The position numbers and the translations under genes were made by a program. Source: Setoptus koraiensis (taxonomy: Eukaryota; Animalia; Arthropoda). Taken from it: 64,000 nucleotides of DNA. Of this stretch, positions 44,654 through 59,600 are shown in pieces (position 1 is the first letter of the stretch; each line of letters starts with the position of its first letter). The notes under the pieces are model-generated. The model saw only the letters and a program-made list of their open reading frames with translations. It was not told the origin of the DNA and did no database searches. The stretch covers positions 13,640,001-13,704,000 of the forward strand of contig CM106585.1 in the NCBI GenBank assembly GCA_048013815.1, in the 5' to 3' direction.

Positions 44654-47600
44654 ATGTCGTCCTTTTTAGGCCAATATTGGCTGTTGCTACAGCACAAGGT
44701 GTTACTCAGGCGCCGGCAACCCATTATAATGGCCATGGAAATCTTCTGGCCGGCAGCTGTATTTCTGGCTGTACTTATTGTCAGATTACAATTTCCACCA
44801 GAGCAAGTGTCAACATGTTACTATAACACCAAGGCGATGCCTAGCGCCGGACCAGTGACATTCCTACAATCGTTAGTGTGCAATTTAGACAATCCTTGTA
44901 TAAAAAGCAATCAATATCAAGAGATTCCACTATATCCTGATTCAAAAATACATCAGATGGTTGATCAACTGAATCCATTATTGACAGATACAACTGTTGC
45001 AAATGTTATTCGCGAGATGCCCAAAGGTATTAGATTCATTGCCACAATTGTGGATGCAATATCTCAAAGTGACATGAGGCATCTACTAGAGCATGGTGTA
45101 CCTATAAATAATGTCATCCGTGATAATGGCTCACCTAGGCTGATTGAATATATCAAACGTTCTCTATTAGAGCAAGCAAATTTGCTCGCCACAACTACTA
45201 CCAATAACACATGGACAGCATCTACCACAACAATAGGTGCAACACATTCAATAACAACGTCGCCTTCTAAGACACCGACAGACCTCGAAGCCATCGCAAC
45301 TGAGGCAGACGTGCCCACGACAACAGCATCTTACGGCGAACCATCACGTGACACAAGTGTCACATCAACCACAAAACCAACTTCTTTGTCTACTGTGACA
45401 ACAGAATCAAATATAGAATTAACTACACAGCAACAGGGGCTCTCCAAAGATGACAGTGAGAATACACAAGACGACGGAATGTTAAGCCCGAACTCTAGAA
45501 TGAAGCGTTCTCTGCCTACAGCGTTCCTATTGAGGCCAGACGAGTCTGCTGAAATAGCAAAATTACTGGTCAATATCCCTTTAGATTTGATCAATTTGAG
45601 TCAATTATCCGAAGAAATCAAACGATCAACCACCATGGCCTCAGCAACGCCTCAGACATTTTCAAATGGTCAAGAGTCGGCAACAAGCAACATTTCTAGC
45701 AGTGGGCCAAAATCACTTAAAGAAATCATTTGTTCGCCAGCAAGTCTAGCCAATCACATCAAGCTGTTCAATGGTGATAGCATCAGTCAAACAACTAATT
45801 TAAGTGAAATATTCCTAAGTGAACAAATATCGCTAGAGAAATTCTCACAGTCATTGTGTCTATTGAATGACAACCAAATAGATCATTTTATATTGATGAT
45901 TCAAGATGAATTTGATTTTGTTAAAATACTTCAATTGCTCTCGATAATGTTACAACGGATCAGTCAAGACGATATATTGGTCAGAATAGATGAGATCCAA
46001 ACTATGATTGAAACCATTGATAAATCCAACATATTTACATCATTCAGTGGCCTGATAACATCTTCGTGGGCAAAAGAGTTACTCAATTTAGTGAGAGGTT
46101 TTAGTTCGGGAGAAATCGAAATGAAAACTCTGCTCAAGATTGCAAGCGATATTGAGCCTCTATTGAGCAGAGTCTCATTGGTTGTTGGTGGCTCTAGTGC
46201 AAATGCGCCACAAAAGGGCAAGAGTAACAGTGGCGGAAATTCTATATTGGCGTCGTATATCGGCGAGACAAACAGCAGCACTAGCTTCGATGAGTCCTCA
46301 ACTCTAATACCTATAACAACTAGCACTGAAACGTCGTCAACGCTTTCCTCGGTGCAACCAACGAAAATACCCGCAACTACTGAACTTGCAGACATCGACG
46401 GAGAGCTGGGTGATAATCTTAACGACGATATATGGAGTAAATCTGTGTTAGAAAAAGAGGTGATGCTATCAGCTCCAAGTGACGCTTCCTCATCTATATT
46501 AACTTTTGATAGGATGCACCCAAAACAGGGTCTACCTGAAAATGTGAGACAGCAACATACAACCAAACAACAGAATTCAAGCAAATATGAACAAGATGAC
46601 GATAAAAATTTCGGCCTCATTGATCTAGGTAGTGTCGATCCTTATCCGAATGTTCGCAATCTTCAAAACCGACAGGAACAACAAAAGGAACAAGACAAGA
46701 GACCGAGAACCGACAGACTGTCGAAATTGGCTCATGACATAGTGCTAGAATCGAAGGTAAACGATCAGGCGCAGAGACAACAACAGCAATACCATAATAG
46801 ACGCCAGCGACGCGATGTAAACTTAAGCGAAGTGGAGTCAACAAGAGATGGCAACAACTCGCAGAATGATAACAGCAACAACTTTTCCGATGTTCTCAGA
46901 ACGATGATTCCTTTGGATCTTCACCAATTGAAACTATTGCAAGCAGGAATGTGGGGAGCCGCAGTTGTTACAACAGGCTCATCGTACGGGGGCACATCAG
47001 ACAGTCCACCAAACGGAGATCACAATCAGAATGAGCATCAATCATCAGTGCTGAACAACAAACACAATAATGATAATAATAATCTCCTTAATGAGATAGA
47101 CTCAGGCGTGGGTGCCGGCCTGGAGTCTAGGATACTATCTAAGGTTGTATCGAACATGGACAAGTGGATCGATATGGTGGAAAAGTTTACTGTTACTCCT
47201 AAATGGACGTCACTGATGAGAATATTCCAGGGTACAGAGGCCATTTTGGGCATGTTGGCTCAAACACAAAACTCGCCGAATGGCGCCACATCCGGCAGCG
47301 TTAATGATCAGCAGCAAGCAATGATTTCAACTAATACAAGCGAATTTGAGCGTCTTATGCAACGATTGCCCGGGAGAGTGCAGACACTGACATCGGCACT
47401 CAATCATTTATTCCCCTGGCATGTGTGGCCCTGGAACAATGTAGACCTGTATAAGACAGTGGACACCTTCTTAAGCCACGGTATATTTGCATTCAACCAG
47501 ACAACTCTGGGTCCGAATAGGAGGATAGACTATCTGGCTGACTTGATAAATACATTGCAAAAGTCGCTATCGTTTGGCACGTTTCCTCGTAAATGCGTCG

Positions 47601-50600
47601 ATTGGTCCGAGATGGTGTGCGATACGGAAAAGTTTACCTCCAGAATGATCGAGGCCGATAATAGTGGCAAAGAAAGGAGGCGTCGTAGGCGACATATGTC
47701 AGATTTGAGCGAAGAATATGACAACAATAATTCCGGCAAAAATAAAACGGTGCTCGCATTGGGCGAAAATACTGACACTGGCAGCACCAACAACAGGAAC
47801 AAGCTAATGCAAGAGCTGGCCTGCATGATGTTCAGTTCGTTGTCTATGCAACAGTTGACATCACAAACGAGCAACGCACTCAACAATACTGCGCAAGAGA
47901 TCAAGCGGCATGCCTCTGGTGAGCACGTCAACGAGGCGACATCAAGTGGACAATTTTTGTCGGTGATTGATGGATCAGCCGAGCTACTGAACGCTGACAA
48001 AAATGGCGCCATGACCAACTCTAGAGCAGCAACACAAAACGATTCGCTGCAGGAACAGAACAACAACACGTCCAATTCAGGGAACAGCAACGATGCAGAT
48101 TATTCGCCACTGGGGGAAAAAGGCTCCTCAGCATCGGCTATAAGTGGGGGCAGTGGCAATTTGCAATCGGACTCGAGCGAATATATTCACGATCCTATAA
48201 ATAATGTCGAATTGAGATGGGATAAATTAATTGAAAAGTCGTTGCAATTGTATGTGTTATCGCGTCAGGCACTAACAGATCAGCAATGGCAATCCCTGTA
48301 TCAATTGATAAATTATTTGTGGGCACAAGAGAAAGTGCCCAACAGAGTGATAATTGTGAGCCGAATAATACAATTGCTAGCCGATTGTCATGTTCCACAA
48401 GAGGTGCTCAAGAGTGCACTCTGGAAGGATATCTATAAATACAAGAATGTCATCAATCAGATAGTTAATATTGCCATTGACGAAATGAACTCGTCCGCAG
48501 AAACCGGAACACTTGCCGTGGAACAATTGTCGTTTGGCTCCCAACAACTGAATATCATCATCAAGAAATTTATTCAACTACTACCCCATCTGATAGAATC
48601 GCTCACGCAAACCATCACCGATGACATGCCAAAATTAGTTGAAAATATTCTCACCATAAACAAGTTCACTCTGCTCAAGTTGCCCTGCAAAGGATCAAGT
48701 ATTGCCGACGTGATACCCTCATTGGAGGCCAACAGAAGCTCCATAATGGAATTAGAGCAGCTCATTTGTAATCAGCTTAGAATTAAGCCACTAGTTGCAT
48801 CGGCGCGCGTTGCCAATCTAACATCTCAGATCGTGTCGAATACTGCACCCGCTGAGGGTGCCCATCTGGTTGCCGATGCAAGAGCAGTGGATAATTACCA
48901 CAAAAATATTAAACGCCACACATTCGAGCATGCAACTTCGAGCGATTCATCAGGCTACAGAAATAATGTTTCTATGATCGACGAATTTGTTGCAAATCCG
49001 CGCCTCTCATCGATAGTGGCAATCTTACAAAGCTCAACTTTGGACCCACCAGAAACACACGAAGAACTGCCTGAATTAGACTGGGTTGAGGCAGGAACTA
49101 GTGCCGCAATGTTCTATGATTCTATTCAGCGATTGGTATCGGCCGAGGAGAATTTTGTATTGTTCCCCGAGATCGAGGGATATGATCAAAAACTCAAACG
49201 AAATATAGAAAAGAGTCAACAGAAATTCAAGGAATTCTCTCGCAGGGGCCCCGCTAGACTCATAGCCTACAGTATGGACATAGTTTTGCCCATAGGAATG
49301 AAAACCTTCGCGTCGCATGAATCTTTCCACAATGTTTGCCTGTTACCCTTCTCCGACATTTTCTCTGAGGATATAGAGGGGAAAGTATCGCGTCAGTGGC
49401 AATGCCTCATATCAAGTCTTAAGTTTGGTTCGTGGGGCATCAATAGTTTTCTTCAACTAGTCAACAAGATGTTCTCAAATGTTCTTGATCACATCAAAAT
49501 GATCGAAGATAATACCAGTAACCTCAAAGCAACTATGTCTAGCAAAGACATGACCAATTCACCTTTGATCTCACCAAATCATGACAATTCTTTTATGACA
49601 TCCTCAAGAGATCATCCCATAGCTGAAACAAATATATCATCTAACGCATCGTGCATATTCTTCGATAGCTCAATCAGTATAATGCTCGACAATTTACCAC
49701 AATTTATAGACTTATCCTTGGAGACAGTACTATTGGCATCCACTTCGTCTAATCAACAGCTAGACTTATCATTATATGACATCTTATGCTCATCCAACTA
49801 TATGCTAGACCCCTTCAATGAGAAAGCTGTTAAACTGAAGGCTAGACTTAAGCATAAAATGTGTCATTTATTCAATAAGAAGTCAATGACTACTTGTGCT
49901 AACTTGATTCAGATAGACTCGTGGGCTCAAACTATGAAAATGCTCAATTCCACCTGGTTTGAATCAAGTGCTGCTAAACTACAATCATCTTTCAGTGACA
50001 TTCTATTCGAGTTTCACAAGTTCTTAGAACTTTTTGGACAATTCAAGCCGGGCACATCGGATAGTTTGATAGCCAAAGTTTTGAACATAAATTCATTTTG
50101 GACAGATCTACTCAAGAAATTGTCAAGCATTATTGATAAGTATCAGGAGAAACGGTTTGAGTATGCACTACAAACCTTAACTCCAATAATCTACGACAAT
50201 TTGCCTATTTCCGCTGGTTATGATCCTACTGACAATGATTCTCGCCAAGAGGAATTGTCCAACACATCGATTAATTCTACTGGACAAGGAAACAACACAC
50301 TTCTAGCTGAAATCAAAGAAACTCTCATCACAACTATATTAGGAGCTAGAGCGATTTTAAACTTCCTCGAGAACAACAATCAAACAGGTAGTAACCAGGA
50401 ACGCTACGTCAGGCAAATACAGACTCTCTTTGATTGGGCCGATCAATATTCAATGCTCAGCGCAGAGGTGATTCTCAAAACAATCGCTGATGATATTGGG
50501 AAGCTGGAAGATCTTTTCAGACCATCAAATGAGCTGAATAGATATGGTACAGACGGTCTAGAAAAGCAGAGGCTCACATTAAAACAAGTGTGGAGGAAAT

Positions 50601-53600
50601 TCTGCTCTGCACCAGCAAATAAATATTTGGCAATAAATAGATTGGCAGCAAACAATGTCAGTATATCTGAAGAGATAGCGAAGGGCAAAGACGAAATGTG
50701 TGCATTTCCTTGGGATTCACTCTATAATCAACTGAGTGCGGATTCCAATCATATACTTTTTGATTATCCGGAGAGAAGATTGACTAGGATAGCGTTGACT
50801 AAGTGGGGTCAAGTGCTAGATGTGATGTTGATCGAGTCGAAACAGATCAAACAACTACCAAAATTCTTCTACACCGACTATTGGCAGCTATTCCGTGACA
50901 AACTTCCTCAGATATCTCCTCTAAAAGAAGAGCCATCTAACCTCGTTTGGATTTGGCAGGGTTTCGAGCGTGTTGTTAACGCCATGGATTTAAGTAGCAA
51001 CCAAACATCAAATTCTTTGATCAAGATTCTCGACCAAGTTAACTGTGGTTTGGACGCTGTAAAAGGAGGTCTATCATGGGACAATATCGCTAATATCTAC
51101 CAAGACAAACCAGACATATTGGCAGCCTACTCGACAATTAACTCTGGTTTTGCTCTAGCTTCTGTTGGAGTAAATACGTTCTTGATTCATAAAAAATTTC
51201 AAAAATTTTTGGATGAGTTAGTAAAACCTAAAGTCGGATTGAATGCATTTTGTGATCTGAAAGACCGCCAACAACTTGAAGCCATTTTTGCCATACCAGC
51301 GGGACAAGATTTTCTTGGTGCTTTGGAGAGCTTACAAGAATTAGTTTGTGATACAGATTTTGAAACTTTAGCCAAAAATTTAAATCCAATATCGGTCTGT
51401 TATCAGAGCTCACCTTCAAGTAGCAACAACAAATTCTCTGGATCTCATCCATTGGCCAACATAATGGATAGATTCTTTAAATTGGCCTCACTTGCGGTGC
51501 TAGACGCCAAATTGGTCGCTGCAAGCGATGTCAAACCTCCAGTTTTAGACAAAAATCAGTGGGCAACTTTCTGGAACTGGTGGTCTGATCAGGTGCAACC
51601 TCATCCTAAAAGCAGTTTTACATTAACCATCATAAGAGCGTTCCAACTGGTTGACTCTATTACGGCGAATCACGTTGTTTGGAAAGCTTTATTCAGGTCA
51701 ATACATGAGGTTTCTGAGACAACGGCATACATTTTCAGAGCAATAGAGAAAAAGGCAGAAGAAGGAGAGGACTCGAAAATTATCCCATCATCCTCGCGAA
51801 CTGCTTGGGTGGTTAGCGATGCAACAAAACGATTGGCGAAATCTCAAAGAGCTCATCTTTCACCAGGCCAAAATCATCTAGCTTCGGCATTGTCAAACAT
51901 CATGTTTCCTGAGGTGAATAACTTTATTTCAATCAGAACATTCAAGCAATTGAGGTGGATCAAAATGATTTCTACCTATTTTGCTACAACAGCAGGAGCA
52001 CAAGATTCTATATGTAAAACGATGGGTAACGCCCAACAGCCACAACAAACAATCACTGTTGGGTCATCATCATCACTAATTGCCTATAGTCAAGAGAGCG
52101 TCAAAAAGACGTCCACCGAGGAGAAACTTTTCTCATTATTGTGCAAATATCATCCTACTCAATGGATATCAGCTATCAATTTCGCTTTGAGCACGCGAAC
52201 ATTGTCGATACATAAAAAGGTTAACTACATGACCAAGTATTTATCAATATTTATTAGAAATTACAAAAATTACACCAAATTAGAAGATTACATACACGCA
52301 CAACAGATGGAAAACATTGAGAGTGTTGCCGGAACAAGTGTTGCCTATTTACTGGCAGCAACACATGCTCTCAAATCGTTATCATTTGGTAGGATATCCA
52401 ATTCATCTTGGCACTCTCTGCCTCAATTACTCGATTCAATCGATCGATACGTGTGTGCTTCCAAACACGAGCGAGGTACCTTTCTCATTCCTAACTATCA
52501 ACCTAAAACACCTGATCTGGAAACACTCATTTGTAAATTACCTCAATGGAACTTCACTCAGGCATACTATTACATATCTGACCATCTTGATCTACGAAAT
52601 ATGGTCTCCATAATGGCACACAATTCCAGCACACCAATGTGTGTAACTCCATTTAAATTTGGGTCACGTTGGTTGCAGGTAGCTCAAGAGGTTGTAGATG
52701 AGATGCTGGCCAAGTCTACAAGAGAGCTTATTAAAAAATGTTTCACAACCATGCGCAGAGAATCATTGTGGTCTCACTCTTTGAGATATGCTAGATTCAC
52801 CAATGGATTGATGACTGCCGTCAATCAGATCCAAGCTAGCAACTCGTGGCCAGTTGTGCGCCAGACCTGGAATTCAATAAGCTATTTGATTTTGAATCAA
52901 GTTCCGACTTACATGCCCATAAAGAAACTCTTGAAAAATAGCCGACTTACACTGCCAAACAACAAAATCTCCTCCATCATATCGTCGTTGCAACCAGAGA
53001 AGGGCACAAATGCTTCCGGTACAATGAATGATCAGCAAGTGGTGGCTGACAAGCTATTATCATCTTCTTTCATTAATGTTAATGCCTTTGCTTGGAAAAA
53101 TTTTTCCAACGTTGCACTACAAGAAATGATCTGTGGCGGCAATACTAGCTACAGAAAGTACGTCGGACACCTCGGTCTGCCTATAATAGTTACGGCCAAT
53201 CAGCAAACCAATAATAGTAACCCGGCTGTTTCTGAAAGCTCAGTACACCAGCAACAACAGACCAGCAAGAATATAGTTAATTATTTATGTGGCGACGATG
53301 GACGCGGTATCGAAAATCTGGTTGCGAATTTAGACATATCAAAAATAGAATCTCAACTACCTCAACTTCAGAGGCTGCAACTAGGATTTAGCGGATGGCT
53401 AGAAAGACTAACTGCAGATTTCAAACACATATCGCCGCAATTCAAAAATATATACCTTCTCGGGTTCGACCTAACATCGGGCAGACAGACTGGAGGTAGT
53501 GTCGTTAGTTTAATTCAGTTAACTAGAGAAAAGACACTCAAATCGTTGATTCGTCAAGTCAATGAAATTGTCGAGAAACTTGAGCCTAAGATTGGCCAGC

Positions 53601-56600
53601 AAGGTCCCATTGGCGAGACTTTAGCGGTCATACAGAAAGGTTTGCTTGCTTTAGATACATTTGCTAGCAAGAATCTCTTCAAAATAGTTTATCAATTCAA
53701 AGATTTCATCAAGAATATTGAGCCAGTTGAGTTCTACATGACCTTTCAACTTGGTCTCGAGCCAGCCGTCACACAGGCTATACTAGATTCGAGTATAGAT
53801 TTAACAGATTTCATCGCGGAATCATTGGATATGGTTGACGAGCATGAAAATCGCGATCATAACAGCGATACTTCAAAGGAGAACGCGAACTCTAACAACA
53901 ATTTGTTGTGCAATCACGATCAACTCAGCAAAATTCTAACCATACCCAACAACAGCGAGTCGGGACAACCTACAGCAACTATGGATTTGGCAATAAGTGC
54001 GATATGCGCGTTATCCACTGTTGAAAACTACAGGTTCACTAGCAACACCTTGAAGCAATTAGCAACAAGAAAAATAATCAACAATTTCGCAGGCTTGATT
54101 TCGGGTAAAGTTTTGACTAAGGCTCAGCTCAGTCATGGGGATGTTCCCTTTGCAATCAATGGTTTGAAAGTGGCCGCTAAAGCTATGCCATCAGTCAAGG
54201 GTTTTATCAGTAATTTCACCGATTCACTTGACCTACAGGAGGAACTCAGTCATTTAACCTTATCTGGAGATTCTCTAGAGTTGTTATCATCGCCTCACGC
54301 AGCCACTATAACTAGCAAGATAATGTGTGGCAAGGCAAGCCTTCCAGCACTAGCGAATGAGTTCAGTCTATTGCGAAAGGCCATCGATAAACCCAATATC
54401 AAACAAGAAGAGCTGGATCGTTTAAAGAGTCAGTTTTGTAGAAAAGGTTATGAGCAAGTGATGAGACTGCGCGGTGGACCCATAATCTGGTCTTTTCTGA
54501 AGCAAATTCTCGCTGGAAAGATACTATATGCACCTAAGAACAGAGTAACATCTTCAATTATGGAGCGCATGAATGGAACTTTCCAATTTATGTCTGGCTT
54601 CACCCAGACCCTACAATCCTGGACGCAAACAATCAGTAGTTTGGAGGATTTCCACCGATCACCAAATGCGAACGATCAAGTTTTTCAAGTACAACATCTT
54701 ATGGTTCGTTTCTTGGGCCAAGATGTCCAAGGTCTTTTTGCAGATGTTGACTCGTCAGAGGTTCTCGAAAAGCTTACTAAAAGTGGGGCCGTCTTAGGGG
54801 TGGTCCAACTCATGGGTAACATCGCACAGTGCTTCGAATTGGATCGCTTCATAGGATTCGACACAGAAGCGGAGCTTGAATTGGAAGCGCGTAAATTGTC
54901 TAAAAATCATGAGTTTTTGGCAGCCATTGTTTTCATCAATGATATGGCAAACAGAACGAGCAACCAACAGCATGATGATATCAGTATGTCAGATTTTCCA
55001 CACAATATCGAGTACAAGATACGTACTGATGTTGCTCATGGACCAGGGACCAAGATGATAAAGGATAGATTCTGGGAACCGGGGCCGAGGGGTAACCACA
55101 TGACCGACTTTGGATATTTACGAGGATTTGTCCAGATTCAAGAAATGGTCGATCGCGCAATCATTTCTCTGATAACCAACCGAACTAAGTTAGAGTTCGA
55201 TCCAGCGGTACATCTGCAACAATTTCCGTATGCTTGCTTCCAATTGGACAGATTCGGTAACTACATCAGAGCTTTAATGCCCATGATTGGTACAGTTGCA
55301 TGGATTTTTTTGATTGCATTTTTGATCCGAGATAATGTTTTACAACGAGAACTTCATTTGGAGGAGTTTCTACGAGTGTCAGGATTGAAACCAACGGTGG
55401 CATGGCTAGTTTGGTTCACCATTGGTGCTTGTATTATGATATTTGGAACTGGGTGTGCCATAGGATTATTGAATTCAGCCGGACTTATACCAAATTCAAA
55501 CCCGGTAATATTATTTTTGTTCTTCCTAACATTCGCTTTATCGATACTGATGTATTGTTACATGATGAGCACATTCTTTATCACCACAACAATAGCATCA
55601 TTATCTGGAATAGTTTGCTATCTTGCGACATTTTTGCCTTTCATGGTGGCCATCACATTAGAGCACGAGTTGACATACATGTTCAAATTATTCACCTGTT
55701 CCTCGATGTCGACGGCCTTCTGTTTCGGTATGATGTACATGACTCGCTATGAAATCCAAGGCGTTGGTCTGCAGTGGTCGAATATCTGGCACAGCCCAAT
55801 CCAAGACGATGCCATGAATTTAGCGTCAGCCATGTCAATGCTACTGGTGGACAGTGTCATTTATTTCCTCATAGGTTGGTACAAATACAATGTATTTCCC
55901 CCAGGAAATAATGCTCAAAGTCAATGCTGGTACTTCTTCATATTGCCCAGCTACTGGACTAAAAATGTCAGCATGAGTAGAAGAGCTTCCTCTAGCAGCA
56001 GAAGCAGTAGACATAGAAGATCAGCCTCCTCAAGTACCCAAGAAAATCTCGAGGCTGGAAATATTCAGAGAAACATATTGCAACAGCATCATCAATCTAC
56101 TCTGATAGGTACAACGACGCATAAATCGGATAAATCTCAAACTCGAAAGGCGACCACAGAGGCACAAACAGGAAAACAAGTGCAGTACGGTATGTCTTTG
56201 CACAATTTATATGTGGTCTACAAAAACAAGAACAATCCTACAAGTGGTCGCGGAAGTAAAACAAAGAAGAGTAGAAATCATGTGGCCGTTTCCAATCTCA
56301 GTTTGAAGCTCAAAGAAGGACAAATAACAACATTATTGGGAACAAACGGGGCGGGAAAAACTACAACCATCAGTGTTTTGACTGGACAAATATTACCAAC
56401 TTCTGGACAATGTTACATCTATGGTTACATGGTACCTCAACAATTCACTGAGGCTAGAAAATTGTTGGGCTATTGTCCCCAGTACAATACTCTATTCATG
56501 GACTTGACCGTGATAGAGCATTTAATTTTCTATTCAAAATTAAAAGCATTACTGCCATTGGATCAACTAGAGGATGACGTCAAGGACACATTAATTAAAA

Positions 56601-59600
56601 CTGGTCTGTGGCATGTACGAAATGAATTAGCCAAAAGTTTGTCTGGTGGCCTTCAGAGGCGCCTCTGTGTGGCATTGGCTTTTGTCGGTGGTTCAAAATT
56701 GATCATTTTGGATGAACCAACTAGCAGCGTTGATCCTGTTGCAAGACGCAAGATATGGGATTTGATAGTGCAACAGAAGCAAAATAGAACAGTTCTCCTG
56801 ACAACTCACCACATGGACGAGGCCGACATTCTAAGCGATCAAGTGGCCGTTATATCGAGAGGCAAGCTGATTTGTTCTGGCTCCCCTCTGTTGCTGAGAG
56901 GTAAGTTTGGTTGTGGCTATCAACTTATTGTGAGCAGACAGTCTAGCTCATTGGCCACAAGTTCTGGACAGCAGTCTGTAAAATCGATTGCATCAGCCGC
57001 AAACAGCGGTAGCGATAGTGAATCGTCGAATAGCCATAAGGAAAAAAATAACAACAACATCAGTGAAGTTCCTAAAGAATTTAGAGAGGATATGGATGAG
57101 ATAAGGTCGGTTTCTTCCAATCATCATGCAGATCGTGGTAGCAGTAACACATCTCCATCCATGATTGCACTTGCATCAACCACTGGCTGTTGCCAGGCCG
57201 GCGATTTTAATGCGGACAACAGTTCCTCATCATCGGGCGCCATCCAGTCAGATGTGGACCGTTTGATGGCATTCACAAAATGTCTCGTCCCGAACGCTAG
57301 TTTATTAGAGAATTATGGAAATGAGGTTATATTGACACTACCCATCAATGATTCAGAAGGAAAGCGACATGACTATGCGACATTCTTCCGCTGCTTGGAT
57401 TCTAATATGATCACTTTAGGATTTTCGAATTACGGTGTCTCTAGTAACACATTAGAGAAAGTGTTCCTGACATTATGTCATCTAGAACAGACTAACCAAA
57501 TCGATATGGAGAACATCAAACAAGTTGTGTCATCAGATAGCTACATAGATCTATCGGCCCAGCAAGCAATTGTCGGACCCACAGCAAGTCAGACATTAAA
57601 TCGGCAATCGATAGGCCAGCATAATGCAATCGATCAACGGGTCCCTTCTACAGATATAACTGTTTCCGGAACTATGCCCAATTTAAAAAAGCAACAACGA
57701 AAATCGAAACATTCCAACAAGAAGCAACTCAAAGAGCACTCTGACCCGGCAAATACATTGACAAGTAATAAGACCAGCGTCAAATCAACTCAAAGGAAGT
57801 ATTGCGATCCCTATTTATGTGGTACTGCTCGCTCGAAATTGGACATGAGTCAATCGATGCAATCCGCGCATAATCGACCTCCGTTGATCCTTGTCTCGGG
57901 CTTCAGATGGAGAATGAAACAGATGAGAGCTTTGTTGGCCAAACGATATTATCACACTATACACGATTGGAAGTCACTATTTTGCATGCTATTCCTGCCT
58001 TGCCTTTTTATCGCGATAGCGATGGGCATGACTTTAATCAAGCCCAAGTTGGCGCCCGATCCCATACTACCAATGACGCCAGAGATATACGGTAGATCAA
58101 GTATGTCATTCCTGAGTGCAGACGACGTAGACCCGAATTCAATGGATTATCTACAGTTTGTCGAGGAATTATTGCAGAATCAGAATCATCTTCAAAATTT
58201 GCTTCCAGATACATCTCAAAACAAAATTCCTGCCGCGCCAAGATTTTCTAGCGAGCAGCCCGACTGCCCCAAACCTCGGGATGGTTGGCGAACTGCGAAA
58301 TGCCCGATTATTCGTGGAGTAGAAAGAGATCTCGAGCCAGCCGACTATTTGTTGGACATAAGAAAACTGAATTCATTTTCCAAAGACTCGACAATGTGCC
58401 AATGCGATGAATGTCCATCATATCAAAAATACTATTCAGCCCACATTAATAATGCAGCGACAACCAACGTCTCCGCAACTACTGTCAACAATCAAACTAG
58501 TCAAACTCCAACCATTGGGGATTTATTGTTGAAATACTATCTACCGAAAAATCAAAGTCTAGCCGCCAGCATAGATAGACCTGTTTATACGCAAAACGGC
58601 TATGTGCATTTCTTGAAAAACGTCGACCTGAACAAATATCTACTAGCGACTTATTCTCATTACTTTGATCGCCGCTGGGGTGGCTGGTCCATCCACGATG
58701 GCCAAAAGTATGTCGTAGACCAAAATAATCCCGAGCAACATCCATTGATCTTGAAGACCTGGTTTGACAACAATGGCTACCACGCTATGCCCTCATATTT
58801 GAATACAATCAATAATGCCATATTAAATCTAAACTTGAGAATGGCTCAACTAAGATCACCGTCAATTCATAATATATCATCAGCGACCAAAACTAATCGC
58901 ACCGATATTGTTACCTCGTCATCACCGTATAGAATAATCACCTACAGTCATCCTATCCAAATTGTAACTAGTGACATGCAAGATCAGACAGTCATGCAGA
59001 GATCCGGTGATGTTGGCATAGGCCTGATAATATTGGTTGGGTTTGTATTTATTCCAACATCATTTGTGTTCTACATTGTTCGAGAGAGAACACAAGAAGA
59101 GAAACAGTTGCAAAGAATTTTCGGAGTTGGAAGCTGCTTCTATTGGTTGGCCGCGATAGTTTGGGACATGATCATACTTATGATAGCTGTCTTGCTAAGC
59201 GCCTGCATAATCAAGATATTTCAGCTGCCCATATATACAGCAAGAAGCAATTTGAGTGCCGTTCTCACCTTATTGTTCTTATTCGGATGGTCCATGACAA
59301 CTCTAGTTTATTTGCTTGAGAAACTGTTCGATGAAGCTAGTGTCGCTTTCATGGTAATCTATTGTCTGGCTCTATTCATAGGTATCAACACTATGGTCAT
59401 ACGTCTACTGATTGACGTCTTCAAATTGATTCAAGTGAGCCCACTATTTAAAGTCTATTTCGAATGGATTGCAATGATATTTCCACCGTACACTCTACTC
59501 AGTGGACTTGTTGATATAACATCCAACCAGTTGTTCACTGAAGTATTTGAATTATTTGATCAGGACGTCTACAAAAATCCATTTACCATGGACATGTTGG

